From: Pseudomonadota bacterium
GTDB taxonomy: Bacteria; Pseudomonadota; Alphaproteobacteria; Rickettsiales; Rickettsiaceae
Reading direction: 5' to 3'
Length of the DNA: 42,350 bases
NCBI GenBank assembly: GCA_040389305.1
Contig: JAZKAD010000018.1
Span: forward strand, 12,920 to 55,269
The notes under the pieces were generated by a model. The model was not told the DNA's origin and searched no databases. It was given only the letters and a program-made list of their open reading frames with translations. The stretch's first letter is position 1. Each line of letters opens with the position of its first letter. The translations under genes were made by a program, and so were the position numbers. This document shows, in pieces, positions 27,645 through 36,817 of the stretch.

Positions 27645-28067
27645 CTACCGCCCTTCCTGTTCGCGTTTTAAATGATCATATATACTTTCTGCAATCTCAC
27701 CAAGTTCATCGCCACTAATATCAGTTACTATCTGGGCAATTAGCTCGGGCATTAGTAATTTTGCAGCATTTGGTCCAGTGGAATCGTCTGTATCTGCAGT
27801 CGTAAATACTATGTTCCATAATATGCCATAAAGTTGCTGTTCAACTTCTAATGATATCTTACGCAAAGCAAGATCTGTGCCATTTTTAATAGAATTATCT
27901 GGATTATTTCGTTTTGTAGAGTCGCGATATTTTTGAAAGCTCTTTTGAAACTTCGATTCTTCTATTTTTGAACTGTCTATAGTGGAGTTTTTTTGATCTT
28001 CCACAGCAAAAGTTATTCCGAAGGGTAGGAAGAAGATTAATATGTACAAAAAGAATATTTTTATCAT
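27645..28067 (-). CDS. Rod-binding protein (FlgJ N-terminal-domain / CheL-like)
   Basis: The protein has a signal peptide. Its C-terminal segment LEVEQQLYGILWNIV ... MPELIAQIVTDISGDELGEIAESIYDHL resembles the rod-binding family. It is located directly after flgI, as in alphaproteobacteria. Confidence 0.5.
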   Translation of the reverse strand: MIKIFFLYILIFFLPFGITFAVEDQKNSTIDSSKIEESKFQKSFQKYRDSTKRNNPDNSIKNGTDLALRKISLEVEQQLYGILWNIVFTTADTDDSTGPNAAKLLMPELIAQIVTDISGDELGEIAESIYDHLKREQEGR

Positions 28068-28095
28068 CTTCAGGGTTAAAATAATAATACCGGAG

Positions 28096-29181
28096 TTACT
28101 TTACCTCGATCACAGCATCTATAGCTCCGACCGATTTCATGTCATGCAGTATATTGATGATATCTCTTGGCCACACTCCAAGAGTGTTTAACCCAGAAAC
28201 AAGTTCACTCAAAGTAGCGCTTTCGTTTAGATTTGCCACGCCTGTGCCACGCTGCATATCAATACCTCTCATATAAGAATCTTGCTGCGCTTCAGGGAGC
28301 ATAGGTAGATTTTTTTCGTAGCTCCTATCTCCAACGTTAATAACTAGGTTACCTTGAGCAATAGCTACAGGCCTAATTTGCACTTTATCTCCGATAACTA
28401 CCGTGCCCGTAGCTTCACTTATTACAATTTTAGCTTTGTAGTCGGGACTTACCTTGAGCCTTTCGATTTGGGAAATAAATTCCACTACATCGTTGCGATG
28501 AGTGCTAGGCACAACGACTGCAATCGTCGCAGAATCTAGAGCGGATGCAGTGTTTCCTGGCACTGCATCATTGATTGCATTTGCTACTGCCATAGCAGTT
28601 GTAAAATCTGGATAATGCAATGAAAATTTAATATTATCCATAGAGCCTAAATGAAAATCTATCTCGTTTTCCACTATAGCTCCATTTTGGATAGAGCCAT
28701 TTGTTTCTATTGTTGTTATCTGAGTTTTGACGTTTTTTGAAGATGGTACAAATTCTGATATCGTAATAGGACCCTGAGCTACCGCATACACTCCACCATC
28801 TGCACCAAGCAAAGGTGTTGCAAGCAGCATCCCCCCTCTTAAGCTCTTTGCATCGCCAATAGCACTGACTCTGACATCTATCCTACCTCCTTGGCGCGCA
28901 AAAGGTGGAAGGTTTGCTGTAACTGTTACAGCTGCTATATTTTTAGTTTTTAAATTAGCCCCCTGTATGTTGACGCCAAGCCTCTCTAGAAAATCAGTAA
29001 GGCCTTTTTGCGTAAATACAGCATTTTGCAAGTTGTCGCCACTGCCGCTAAGACCAGTCGCTAGTCCGATTCCTACGAGCTGATTATCTCTTACGCCTTC
29101 GACGGATGCTATGTCTTTTATTCTAGTGTCAGCTAGAGCAGAAAAGCATGGGATCAAGAAAATTAATATGAAGCGCAGCAT
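28096..29181 (-). CDS. flgI: Flagellar P-ring protein FlgI
   Basis: A signal peptide is followed by RIKDIASVEGVRDNQLVGIGLATGLSGSGD. The rest is conserved FlgI sequence through the C-terminus. Confidence 0.95.
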   Translation of the reverse strand: MLRFILIFLIPCFSALADTRIKDIASVEGVRDNQLVGIGLATGLSGSGDNLQNAVFTQKGLTDFLERLGVNIQGANLKTKNIAAVTVTANLPPFARQGGRIDVRVSAIGDAKSLRGGMLLATPLLGADGGVYAVAQGPITISEFVPSSKNVKTQITTIETNGSIQNGAIVENEIDFHLGSMDNIKFSLHYPDFTTAMAVANAINDAVPGNTASALDSATIAVVVPSTHRNDVVEFISQIERLKVSPDYKAKIVISEATGTVVIGDKVQIRPVAIAQGNLVINVGDRSYEKNLPMLPEAQQDSYMRGIDMQRGTGVANLNESATLSELVSGLNTLGVWPRDIINILHDMKSVGAIDAVIEVK

Positions 29182-29526
29182 ATATATCCGGAAAACACAA
29201 AATTGAAGTCGTACATTGCATCAGAATACCAACCGCACAAAACTAGTAAATGATTTTATTGCTTTTAAGAGTTATTTAACTCTGCTTTAGCACAAGAGAA
29301 TTACAAAAGTCACATCTAGATACTAGCTAGATAGTAGACATTAAAGTTAAATATCATATTTTGGTATATAAATCAGATCCCTTAGGTTGTTCAAGAGTTA
29401 ATGCGCAGCGAGTTCAATCAAGCTCTCATCGCTGTGTAAAGTCGTCTTAGACGCATAACAAGCGACTGACTATTGAGCTAATCGTAGTATAGAGACACTT
29501 TTTAGCATGCGAATGGAGATCGTATA

Positions 29527-30474
29527 TTATACCCCTGCCTTTAAAATATCATGCATATGCACGATACCCTTTACATCACCACTCTCTGCAACCACAAGAG
29601 ATGTGATAGAACTAGCATTTAATTTACCTAAAACTTCGCTAGCTAGCATACCTAGCGGGATTGTTTTGGGATTCTTTGTCATAATTTCAGAAGCCTTCAT
29701 GTTCACAAGGTCGTCATGCATATGGCGTCTCAAATCTCCATCAGTTATAATGCCACAAATTTTTTTTGCTAGATTTAGCACCACTGCGCATCCTAGGCCC
29801 TGTTTAGTAATAACAATCAAAGCATCAGACATTTTAGTGTCCTCATATATAATAGGAAGAGCTGACCCAGTCCTCATTAAATCAGATGCCTTGAGCATCA
29901 TAGCTCCAAGCTTACCACCTGGATGAAACACCTTAAAATCATCCTTAGTAAAGCCCTTGGCCTCGTGTACAGCGATCATTAATGCATCTCCCAAAGATAG
30001 CATCATCAAAGCAGAGGTGGTTGGAGCATCTATCATTGATGCCTCTCCGCTTACCGGAATATTTAGAAGATAGTTTGATGCCTTTCCAAGAGTAGAATCT
30101 GGTCTCATGGTCATACCAGCTATTTCTATGCTGAAACGCTTGCAGTAATTTAATATATCGAACATCTCTTTGGTTTCACCAGAATTAGAGAGAAGCATCA
30201 CGATATCATCCTGAGTTATCATTCCAAGATCCCCATGACTTGCCTCTGCCGGATGCATATAAAATGCAGCGGTTCCTGTGGATGCAAAGCTAGACGCTAT
30301 TTTGCGTGCAATATATCCGCTTTTGCCTATACCAGATACAATAAGCTTACCCTTAATATTTTCAATGCTATGGGCTAGGCGAGCAAGATCAGGAGGTATA
30401 TTTTTTGCAAGCAAAGCAAGACCCATGGCCTCCTCTTCAATGACTTTCTTAGCGATATTAATAGCCATAATCAT
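29527..30474 (-). CDS. kdsD: Arabinose-5-phosphate isomerase (KpsF/KdsD; SIS plus tandem CBS domains)
   Basis: The SIS motifs VSGIGKSGYIARKIASSFASTGT and LLSNSGET are followed by two CBS-like segments at the C-terminus. Confidence 0.9.
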   Translation of the reverse strand: MIMAINIAKKVIEEEAMGLALLAKNIPPDLARLAHSIENIKGKLIVSGIGKSGYIARKIASSFASTGTAAFYMHPAEASHGDLGMITQDDIVMLLSNSGETKEMFDILNYCKRFSIEIAGMTMRPDSTLGKASNYLLNIPVSGEASMIDAPTTSALMMLSLGDALMIAVHEAKGFTKDDFKVFHPGGKLGAMMLKASDLMRTGSALPIIYEDTKMSDALIVITKQGLGCAVVLNLAKKICGIITDGDLRRHMHDDLVNMKASEIMTKNPKTIPLGMLASEVLGKLNASSITSLVVAESGDVKGIVHMHDILKAGV

Positions 30475-30492
30475 GCCTTAATGAATTAGATT

Positions 30493-31107
30493 CTAATGAG
30501 CGAAAATATCTGTATCTGGCCAACCTATCAAATCGAGATGAGATCTTATTGGCAAAAACTGACATAGTTTTTGAGCTATTTCGAATCTTCCTTCTCGCTT
30601 TAGCATTTCCGTGAGTTTTTCTCTTAGTTGATGTAAGTATATTACATCGCGCGCTGCATACTCTTGTTGGTCTTTAGAAAGGATTGCTGCGCCCCAATCC
30701 GAGGATTGTTGCTGCTTCGATAATTGAATATTGAGAATTTCTCTGCAAAGCTCTTTTAAGCCATGGCTATCAGAATATGTTCTTACTAATTTTGATGCTA
30801 TTTTTGTACAAAAAATATTTTGTAGCTGAATACCCAAGTAACGCTCCATGATAGCTAGGTCAAATCTAGCAAAATGAAATATTTTAGTCCGAGAGGCGTC
30901 TAAGAATAACTTCTTTAAAACAGGGGCGTGGTATGATGGATCCGTGAACTGTACTAAGTAAACCTCGCCAGTTTCATCACAAAACTGCACCAAGCATAAC
31001 TTATCGCGATGTATGTGAAGACCCATAGCTTCAGTATCAATCGCTATATCGCCTTTTATATCCAGTCCTTCTGGTAAATCATTTTGAAAAATACTTACTG
31101 TTATAAT
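30493..31107 (-). CDS. RNase D-like 3'-5' exonuclease (DEDD family), start codon unclear
   Basis: The motifs KIFHFARFDL and EYAARDVIYL are present. The ExoI motif IAIDTEAMGL straddles the first ATG (31026), so coding must extend upstream. No ATG, GTG or TTG is available there; the candidates are ATT at 31107 and ATA at 31104, downstream of an AAGAGG RBS. Confidence 0.7.
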   Translation of the reverse strand: MITVSIFQNDLPEGLDIKGDIAIDTEAMGLHIHRDKLCLVQFCDETGEVYLVQFTDPSYHAPVLKKLFLDASRTKIFHFARFDLAIMERYLGIQLQNIFCTKIASKLVRTYSDSHGLKELCREILNIQLSKQQQSSDWGAAILSKDQQEYAARDVIYLHQLREKLTEMLKREGRFEIAQKLCQFLPIRSHLDLIGWPDTDIFAH

Positions 31108-31120
31108 ACACCTCTTTATG

Positions 31121-31447
31121 TTACTTGTTGCTTTTATCTTCCACTACAAAGACTTTTTCATTTGGTTTGGCCACCCCAAGGACTCTTCTGGCTTGCTCAT
31201 CTAGCATATCGAGGTCAACCGGAGGCTTGAGCAAGCGCACCTTATGCTCAAGCTCTATGCGCTCTGCCTTTAAATGATCCAGTTCTACAGATGACTCCTC
31301 AAGTTTTTTATTCAGCTTAAAGTATGCTAAAATTCCTCTATTTCCAGCCACTGCATGAAATACAAAGTAAATTAAAAGGGACAGCAAAAAAATATGCAGA
31401 GCTACTTTCTTTTTACTACCATGAATTTGAATTAATTTTGTGTACAT
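31121..31447 (-). CDS. ftsB: Septum formation initiator FtsB/DivIC family protein
   Basis: A single TM segment is followed by a coiled coil (LEESSVELDHLKAERIELEHKVRLL) and DLDMLDEQARRVLG. Confidence 0.7.
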   Translation of the reverse strand: MYTKLIQIHGSKKKVALHIFLLSLLIYFVFHAVAGNRGILAYFKLNKKLEESSVELDHLKAERIELEHKVRLLKPPVDLDMLDEQARRVLGVAKPNEKVFVVEDKSNK

Positions 31448-32058
31448 TGTAAGAATGTATATAGAAAAATTGGAGCCGTTAAAATAATACCGTCGAATCT
31501 ATCAAGCACGCCACCGTGACCAGGAATAATACTTCCGCTGTCTTTAATGTTAAATTTACGCTTGAAGAACGATACGAACAAATCGCTAGATTGTTCGATC
31601 AATCCCATCATAATACCAAATAACAAAAATTGCCAATATTCAAATTGCATTGTATATAAAAAAGCAACAACTGCACTAGCGATGCCACCCGCAGCTGCGC
31701 CAGAGATAAGCCCGCTCCAAGTTTTACGAGGGCTAATTTTAGGAGCTAATTTTGGCCCACCCAAAAGCTTCCCACCTATCATCGCAAATGTATCGACTGA
31801 AATAATGATCGATGTAAAAAGCAGAAGTGCCATTTTTCCATCCGGAATCATACTAATGAGTATTAAAGATGCTATAGGAATAGCTACTATAGGAAGCCCT
31901 AAAAGAAGAAATCTGACATCAGATTGAGTCATATTATACCACTCTTGTAGCATCAATATTGCTACTACTAAAAGCAGTATATCGATAGCGATATTACCCA
32001 GCGCTAGAGACGCAAGAAATAACGCTACTAAAACAACCCCAGAAATGAAACGCTTCAT
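31432..32058 (-). CDS. cdsA: Phosphatidate cytidylyltransferase (short form)
   Basis: The C-terminal signature SDLFVSFFKRKFNIKDSGSIIPGHGGVLDRFDG is present in a polytopic protein. Confidence 0.85.
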   Translation of the reverse strand: MKRFISGVVLVALFLASLALGNIAIDILLLVVAILMLQEWYNMTQSDVRFLLLGLPIVAIPIASLILISMIPDGKMALLLFTSIIISVDTFAMIGGKLLGGPKLAPKISPRKTWSGLISGAAAGGIASAVVAFLYTMQFEYWQFLLFGIMMGLIEQSSDLFVSFFKRKFNIKDSGSIIPGHGGVLDRFDGIILTAPIFLYTFLQCTQN

Positions 32059-32179
32059 TATATTAAAACTATTTATTTATGAGAAGTATAACAGGAAAAT
32101 CAAGTAAGAGGTAGTCACATTTATGATTTGATCTCTGTATTCTTATGGTATTGTATAGACTTATATAACGGTTCTTGTA

Positions 32180-33073
32180 ATGCAAAAAATAATTGCAGAT
32201 TGGCTTAAATATTTATCCTTAGAAAGGGGGTATTCTGAACATACAGTTATTTCTTATCGAAACGACATGGAAAATTTTCTAGCTTTTTTAAAAAGCTATA
32301 ATGGATTCGAAGTCTCTTTGCAGTCTATTGTAGAGGCCGATCTTCGTCTCATCCGTAGCTGGCTAGCCAATCGCAATACGAATAATTACGCTGCGTCCTC
32401 TAACGCGCGTAGCCTATCTAGCATCAAAAGTTTCTATAAATTCCTCAAATACTCCAAAGGCGTTACAAGCGATGGAGTATTTCAAGCAAAAAACCCAAAA
32501 AAACCTAAGTCTCTACCCAAAGCTCTTTCTATCTCTGATACTATGCTATCTATTGAATGTGCAGGAGATAGCTCAGAAGAGGATTGGATTGGAGTGCGTG
32601 ATAAGGCATTGTTACTTCTTATATACGCCTCAGGAATGCGTATTTCTGAAGCTCTTTCAATTACTCAAAAGCATATAGATGATGAGCATATTAAGATCTT
32701 AGGAAAAGGCGGACTTGAGCGTGTTATTCCCTGGATCCCCGCAGCTAAAACATTAGTAAAGCATTACTTAGGCTTAGTGCCCTATGATGTAAGTCAGGGG
32801 CCTATATTCCTAGGCCTGCGAGGCAAGCCTTTACAAGCCGCGGCATATAGAAGGCAACTGATAACTTTACGTAGAAGTTTAGGGCTTCCAGAATACTTAA
32901 CTCCTCACGCTTTTCGTCATAGTTTTGCTACTCATTTACTTGAAAATGGAGCGGACCTTAGATCGATTCAAGAATTACTTGGGCATAAAAGCTTATCCAC
33001 TACTCAGCGCTATACAAAGGTGAATATCGGACACTTGATGTCTGCATATAGCAAAGCGCATCCTATGTCTTAA
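32180..33073 (+). CDS. xerC: Tyrosine recombinase XerC/XerD family (XerC-like)
   Basis: The N-terminal YLSLERGYSEHTVISYRNDMENFLAFL and catalytic C-terminal HAFRHSFATHLLENGADLRSIQELLGHKSLSTTQRYT fit the family. Choosing XerC over XerD is tentative. Confidence 0.65.
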   Translation: MQKIIADWLKYLSLERGYSEHTVISYRNDMENFLAFLKSYNGFEVSLQSIVEADLRLIRSWLANRNTNNYAASSNARSLSSIKSFYKFLKYSKGVTSDGVFQAKNPKKPKSLPKALSISDTMLSIECAGDSSEEDWIGVRDKALLLLIYASGMRISEALSITQKHIDDEHIKILGKGGLERVIPWIPAAKTLVKHYLGLVPYDVSQGPIFLGLRGKPLQAAAYRRQLITLRRSLGLPEYLTPHAFRHSFATHLLENGADLRSIQELLGHKSLSTTQRYTKVNIGHLMSAYSKAHPMS

Positions 33074-33095
33074 TTACTGAGCTCAAAATGGCGTA

Positions 33096-34370
33096 TTACT
33101 TACTCATCTCAATTCTATCCATTCCTCCCATATAGCTTTGAAGGGCCTGCGGTACTGAAATAGATCCATCAGGATTTTGATAATTTTCCATAATGGCTAT
33201 CAGAGTACGTCCGATTGGCAGGCCAGAGCCATTCAATGTATGTACAAATGTCGTTTCTTGAGCCCCAAATTCTTTATATCTCGCCTTCATACGACGAGCT
33301 TGAAAATCTCCGCAATTAGAGCAGCTAGAAATCTCTCTATATTTATTTTGCCCAGGCATCCAAACTTCAATGTCATATGTTTTATGTGCAGTAAAGCTCA
33401 TATCTCCGGCTGCTAGCATTATAACCCTATAAGGCAGATCAAGTTTTTTAAGGACAGTTTCTGCGGCATTTAGAATGTATTCATGCTCTTCTTCGGATTC
33501 ATCTGGGGTCGTGATACTAACAAGTTCTACCTTGCTAAACTGATGCATGCGCATCATTCCTCTTGTATCACGCCCGGCGCTCCCAGCTTCTGACCTGAAG
33601 CATGGAGTATGCGCAGTAAAACGCATAGGAAGTTTTTCGCGCGCTATAATACTGTCTGCAACCATATTAACAAGTGGTACTTCGCCCGTAGGAATCAATC
33701 TATAATCTGTGGTAGTTACAAAAGAATCTTCTTCAAACTTAGGCAGCTGACCGACATTATACATTGCAACCGGCCTTACCAAGCAAGGAGGTGATAATTC
33801 CAAGAAATCAAATTCCTTTGTCTGAATATCGAGCATGAAATTGACCAAAGCGCGTTCCATTCTTGCAAGGTCACCTTTCAGCGTCACAAATCTACTGCCA
33901 GAGATTTTTGAAGTTTGGGCAAAATCAATCACTCCTAAACTTTCACCAAGATCTTCGTGATTTTTAGCATGTAAAATTTCTCTGGGTTTGCCTACTGTTC
34001 TGATAAGCTTAGCATCTTCTTCGCTAAAACCTTCTGGTACATCTGGAGCTGGTATATTCGGCAATCTCTCTAAGATGGAGTCTAGGGATGGCATGCTAGA
34101 TGCCTTTGTCATCAACTCTTCAAGCTTCTCGTTGATATGCTCGGCATCCTTACGCGCATCTAGAAATTCACTACTTGCCTTATTTTTAATCTGGCTCATG
34201 GCTTTGGATTTATCCTTCCTAGCATGCTGTAATTGCTGTATCAAAGTCATGATTTGCCTGTTTTGGCTATCCACTTCAATTACATGAGCCGCTTGGGGCT
34301 TTGCACCACGCCTATTAAGAGCATTATCTAGCGCTTCTGGGTTATCTCTGATCCATTTAATATCTAACAT
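33096..34370 (-). CDS. serS: Serine--tRNA ligase
   Basis: The [12 protein letters not shown] start, an N-terminal coiled-coil arm and class II motifs ([30 protein letters not shown]) are present. The Met at 34370 is the preferred start. Confidence 0.95.
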   Translation of the reverse strand: MLDIKWIRDNPEALDNALNRRGAKPQAAHVIEVDSQNRQIMTLIQQLQHARKDKSKAMSQIKNKASSEFLDARKDAEHINEKLEELMTKASSMPSLDSILERLPNIPAPDVPEGFSEEDAKLIRTVGKPREILHAKNHEDLGESLGVIDFAQTSKISGSRFVTLKGDLARMERALVNFMLDIQTKEFDFLELSPPCLVRPVAMYNVGQLPKFEEDSFVTTTDYRLIPTGEVPLVNMVADSIIAREKLPMRFTAHTPCFRSEAGSAGRDTRGMMRMHQFSKVELVSITTPDESEEEHEYILNAAETVLKKLDLPYRVIMLAAGDMSFTAHKTYDIEVWMPGQNKYREISSCSNCGDFQARRMKARYKEFGAQETTFVHTLNGSGLPIGRTLIAIMENYQNPDGSISVPQALQSYMGGMDRIEMSK

Positions 34371-35100
34371 TTTTTTTCCTTTCATCTAGAGCTTTGCAAG
34401 CTTGTATAGAGATCTCATATAATATAGTCATCGGCAAAGCAAGTGCAATCTGACTTATAATATCTGGGGGGGTAATAATGCCAGCTATGATGAAATTTAT
34501 CACAATAGCTAGCCTTCTATGGCGAATTAAAAACTTAGCCCGCACTATCTGCATCAAATTAAGTATAACAAGCACCACTGGTAACTCTGCAGCTAGACCA
34601 AATGCTGTAATCAAGTGCATAACAAGGCTTAAATATTCGCTGATTCTTGCTTCTAAAACCAAGGGAAGACTCGAGCTTTTTAGCTCAAAACTTATAAAAA
34701 AAGCCCAAGCTTTCGGCATCACAAAATAATATACAAAAGCGCCGCCCATCCAAAACAACAGAGGGCAAAACATCAATATTATCTTTGCTACAAACTTCTC
34801 GTCCTTATATAACCCAGGAGCTATAAAGCTATATATTTGCCATGCTATGAAAGGTATTATAATAACGAAAGCAGCAAATGTAGAGATTTTTAGATAAGTG
34901 AAAAATGCTTCGGTGAGGCCTGTATATATAATCTTTCTGCTTTCTCCGCCTAAAATATTGGCAAGAGGCTCTGCTAGAAATACATAGATCTCTTGGCTAT
35001 ACAAATAACATATACAAAAAGCCAATGCAAAAACGAATAGAGTCTTGACTAGCCTAGTTTTCAATTCCTGCAAATGCTGCTTAAGATAATATTTTTCCAT
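34357..35100 (-). CDS. tatC: Twin-arginine translocase subunit TatC
   Basis: [11 protein letters not shown] is near the N-terminus. The six-TM layout and the PPDIISQ segment are typical of TatC. Confidence 0.9.
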   Translation of the reverse strand: MEKYYLKQHLQELKTRLVKTLFVFALAFCICYLYSQEIYVFLAEPLANILGGESRKIIYTGLTEAFFTYLKISTFAAFVIIIPFIAWQIYSFIAPGLYKDEKFVAKIILMFCPLLFWMGGAFVYYFVMPKAWAFFISFELKSSSLPLVLEARISEYLSLVMHLITAFGLAAELPVVLVILNLMQIVRAKFLIRHRRLAIVINFIIAGIITPPDIISQIALALPMTILYEISIQACKALDERKKNVRY

Positions 35101-35123
35101 TTGCCGCGCTCTGATGCTTCAGT

Positions 35124-35405
35124 TTAGTTATCGTCATAATGACTCCAGAGTCTCAATATTTTGACTACCTTTATATCTTCGAGTATCTCATAAACAAGAC
35201 GATGTTTCAGATTAATGCGTATAGAGTATTTACCCCTTAAACTCCCTACAAGCTGCTTACTAAATGATGGAATAGGATTTTGGGACAGAGACTCACATAG
35301 CGCCTTGGTCTTACCATCTAACTTTGCAGATTTTAATTTCGGTATATCTCTAATAGCTGCTTCTGAGTATAATATGGTATAGTTCATATTATATATTTCT
35401 ACCAC
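35124..35405 (-). CDS. yoeB: Type II toxin, YoeB/Txe (RelE superfamily)
   Basis: The protein is about 88-93 aa. YSIRINLKHRLVYEILEDIKVVKILRLWSHYDD matches the YoeB/Txe C-terminal pattern. The gene overlaps the upstream antitoxin gene. Confidence 0.75.
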   Translation of the reverse strand: MVEIYNMNYTILYSEAAIRDIPKLKSAKLDGKTKALCESLSQNPIPSFSKQLVGSLRGKYSIRINLKHRLVYEILEDIKVVKILRLWSHYDDN

Positions 35406-35647
35406 TTAATTTTACTATGCTCCGTAAACTCTGCCAGAGGTTCACTGCTAGCATCCAAAATTGATTTTGCCAACCCTGGAATAGACTGCAGGTATAAAGT
35501 TTCTTGTAAGGATGCGTAATCTTCTTCCGAGATTAGAACGGCCGAATGTCTACGTCCTTTTATATATACAGGCTCATGACCTTCAGCTACTTGATCGATT
35601 ATCTTGTATAGATTCGATCTAGCTTCACTTGTAGTATAAATACTCAT
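35399..35647 (-). CDS. yefM: Type II antitoxin, Phd/YefM family
   Basis: The 82-aa ORF contains TTSEARSNLYKIIDQVAEGHEPVYIKGRRHSAVLISEEDYASLQETLYL, which is classic Phd/YefM. Confidence 0.8.
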   Translation of the reverse strand: MSIYTTSEARSNLYKIIDQVAEGHEPVYIKGRRHSAVLISEEDYASLQETLYLQSIPGLAKSILDASSEPLAEFTEHSKIKW

Positions 35648-35751
35648 AATTTAACCTTGTAAAACTAAGTCTGAACTAAGAGTACCACAAATAGTACGTT
35701 TAATCAAGAACTTCCCGACTAGGCAATGCCCTTACCTAAGCGATTTATAGA

Positions 35752-35779
35752 TTGACAGCACTACTACTAAAGACATAAT
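35752..35779 (+). promoter_or_regulatory. Sigma70-like promoter for xthA
   Basis: TTGACA (35752-35757), a 16-nt spacer and CATAAT (35774-35779) lie about 29 nt upstream of the xthA ATG. Confidence 0.4.
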
Positions 35780-35807
35780 AAAGGAACTTAATATAAGGCA
35801 TAAGACA

Positions 35808-36593
35808 ATGCGTATAGCAACCTGGAACGTAAATTCTGTTAGAGTTCGCAGCTCTCAACTTGCACAATTTGCCAAAAAATATCAACCAGATGTAATAGCT
35901 CTGCAAGAAACCAAAGCAAATGACTACGCCTTTCCGAATATAGAGTGCATGGCTATGGGATATCAGCATATCCGCCTTAGCGGAGAGAGTGGGTATAATG
36001 GGGTGGCTATCTTATCTAAATATCCTCTAGTAGATGATTTCGCTCTTGAGTTTTATAATCACGATAAGCGCCATATAGCCGTTAAAATTGGCGATATAGA
36101 AATACATAACTTCTACGTTCCCGCCGGGGGGGATGAGCCGGACCCAGAGATTAATCATAAATTCAAGCATAAATTAGCTTATCTAGACCTTATGCACGAA
36201 TGGTTTATGACTCAGCGTTCGTCCAAACAAAAAGTCGTTCTGGTTGGAGATCTTAACGTAGCTCCACTCGAGCACGATGTATGGTCTAGCAAACAACTTC
36301 AAAAAGTTATAAGCCACACCGATATTGAGCGCAAAATGTTAATGCGCAACATGCAAGAATTTGGATTTATAGACGCGCCACGCCTTTTTGTGGATGAGCA
36401 AGAGAAACTTTATAGTTGGTGGACTTATAGAACGCCCGATTGGCAGGCTAGCAACCGCGGCAGAAGACTCGACCACATATGGGTGAGCGAGGGTTTGAGA
36501 GCCCAAGTGCTAGCTACTTCATTTGCCGTGGAGATGAGATCGCTAACACAGCCCTCTGATCATATTCCAGTGATTATAGACATTAAGCTATAG
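35808..36593 (+). CDS. xthA: Exodeoxyribonuclease III
   Basis: MRIATWNVNSVRVR, ALQETK, LVGDLNVAP and the C-terminal SDHIPV fit the ExoIII/AP endonuclease family. Confidence 0.9.
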   Translation: MRIATWNVNSVRVRSSQLAQFAKKYQPDVIALQETKANDYAFPNIECMAMGYQHIRLSGESGYNGVAILSKYPLVDDFALEFYNHDKRHIAVKIGDIEIHNFYVPAGGDEPDPEINHKFKHKLAYLDLMHEWFMTQRSSKQKVVLVGDLNVAPLEHDVWSSKQLQKVISHTDIERKMLMRNMQEFGFIDAPRLFVDEQEKLYSWWTYRTPDWQASNRGRRLDHIWVSEGLRAQVLATSFAVEMRSLTQPSDHIPVIIDIKL

Positions 36594-36817
36594 AACTTCA
36601 TTTGATTATCTGTTGCTAGGATTGCATTTCATGCAATCGCCCCGGTTGTTGCTCACCCATCACTGAGATTTATGTACTTCTTCTATTTGGGGTGTTTTTT
36701 TACAACAGCGCCTTTTGTAATTTTTTTATGTGATGAGTATTGTTAACTTGTTAATGGATTATTCAGAGCTTTATGAAATAATAGCTTTATATTATTTGTA
36801 TAATAAATGAGTGTGAT

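Noticed and set aside
29216-29231. A sigma54-like element lies on the minus strand upstream of flgI (TGGTATTCTGATGCAA).
   Set aside because: The GG-to-GC spacing is one nucleotide shorter than the invariant -24/-12 spacing, and the -24 box is weak. It is mentioned only as a near miss.
32180-33073. I considered the tyrosine recombinase as the integrase of a mobile element or island.
   Set aside because: The sequence has Xer-type housekeeping features throughout (N-terminal SAM-like core-binding motif and an RHRY catalytic region typical of XerC/D). It is flanked by cdsA and serS, with no att-like repeats, phage genes or transposase genes.
36620-36638. A hairpin gattgcat-ttc-atgcaatc just after xthA looked like a possible terminator.
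   Set aside because: The AT-rich 8-bp stem is not followed by a T-run, so I cannot distinguish it from a chance palindrome.
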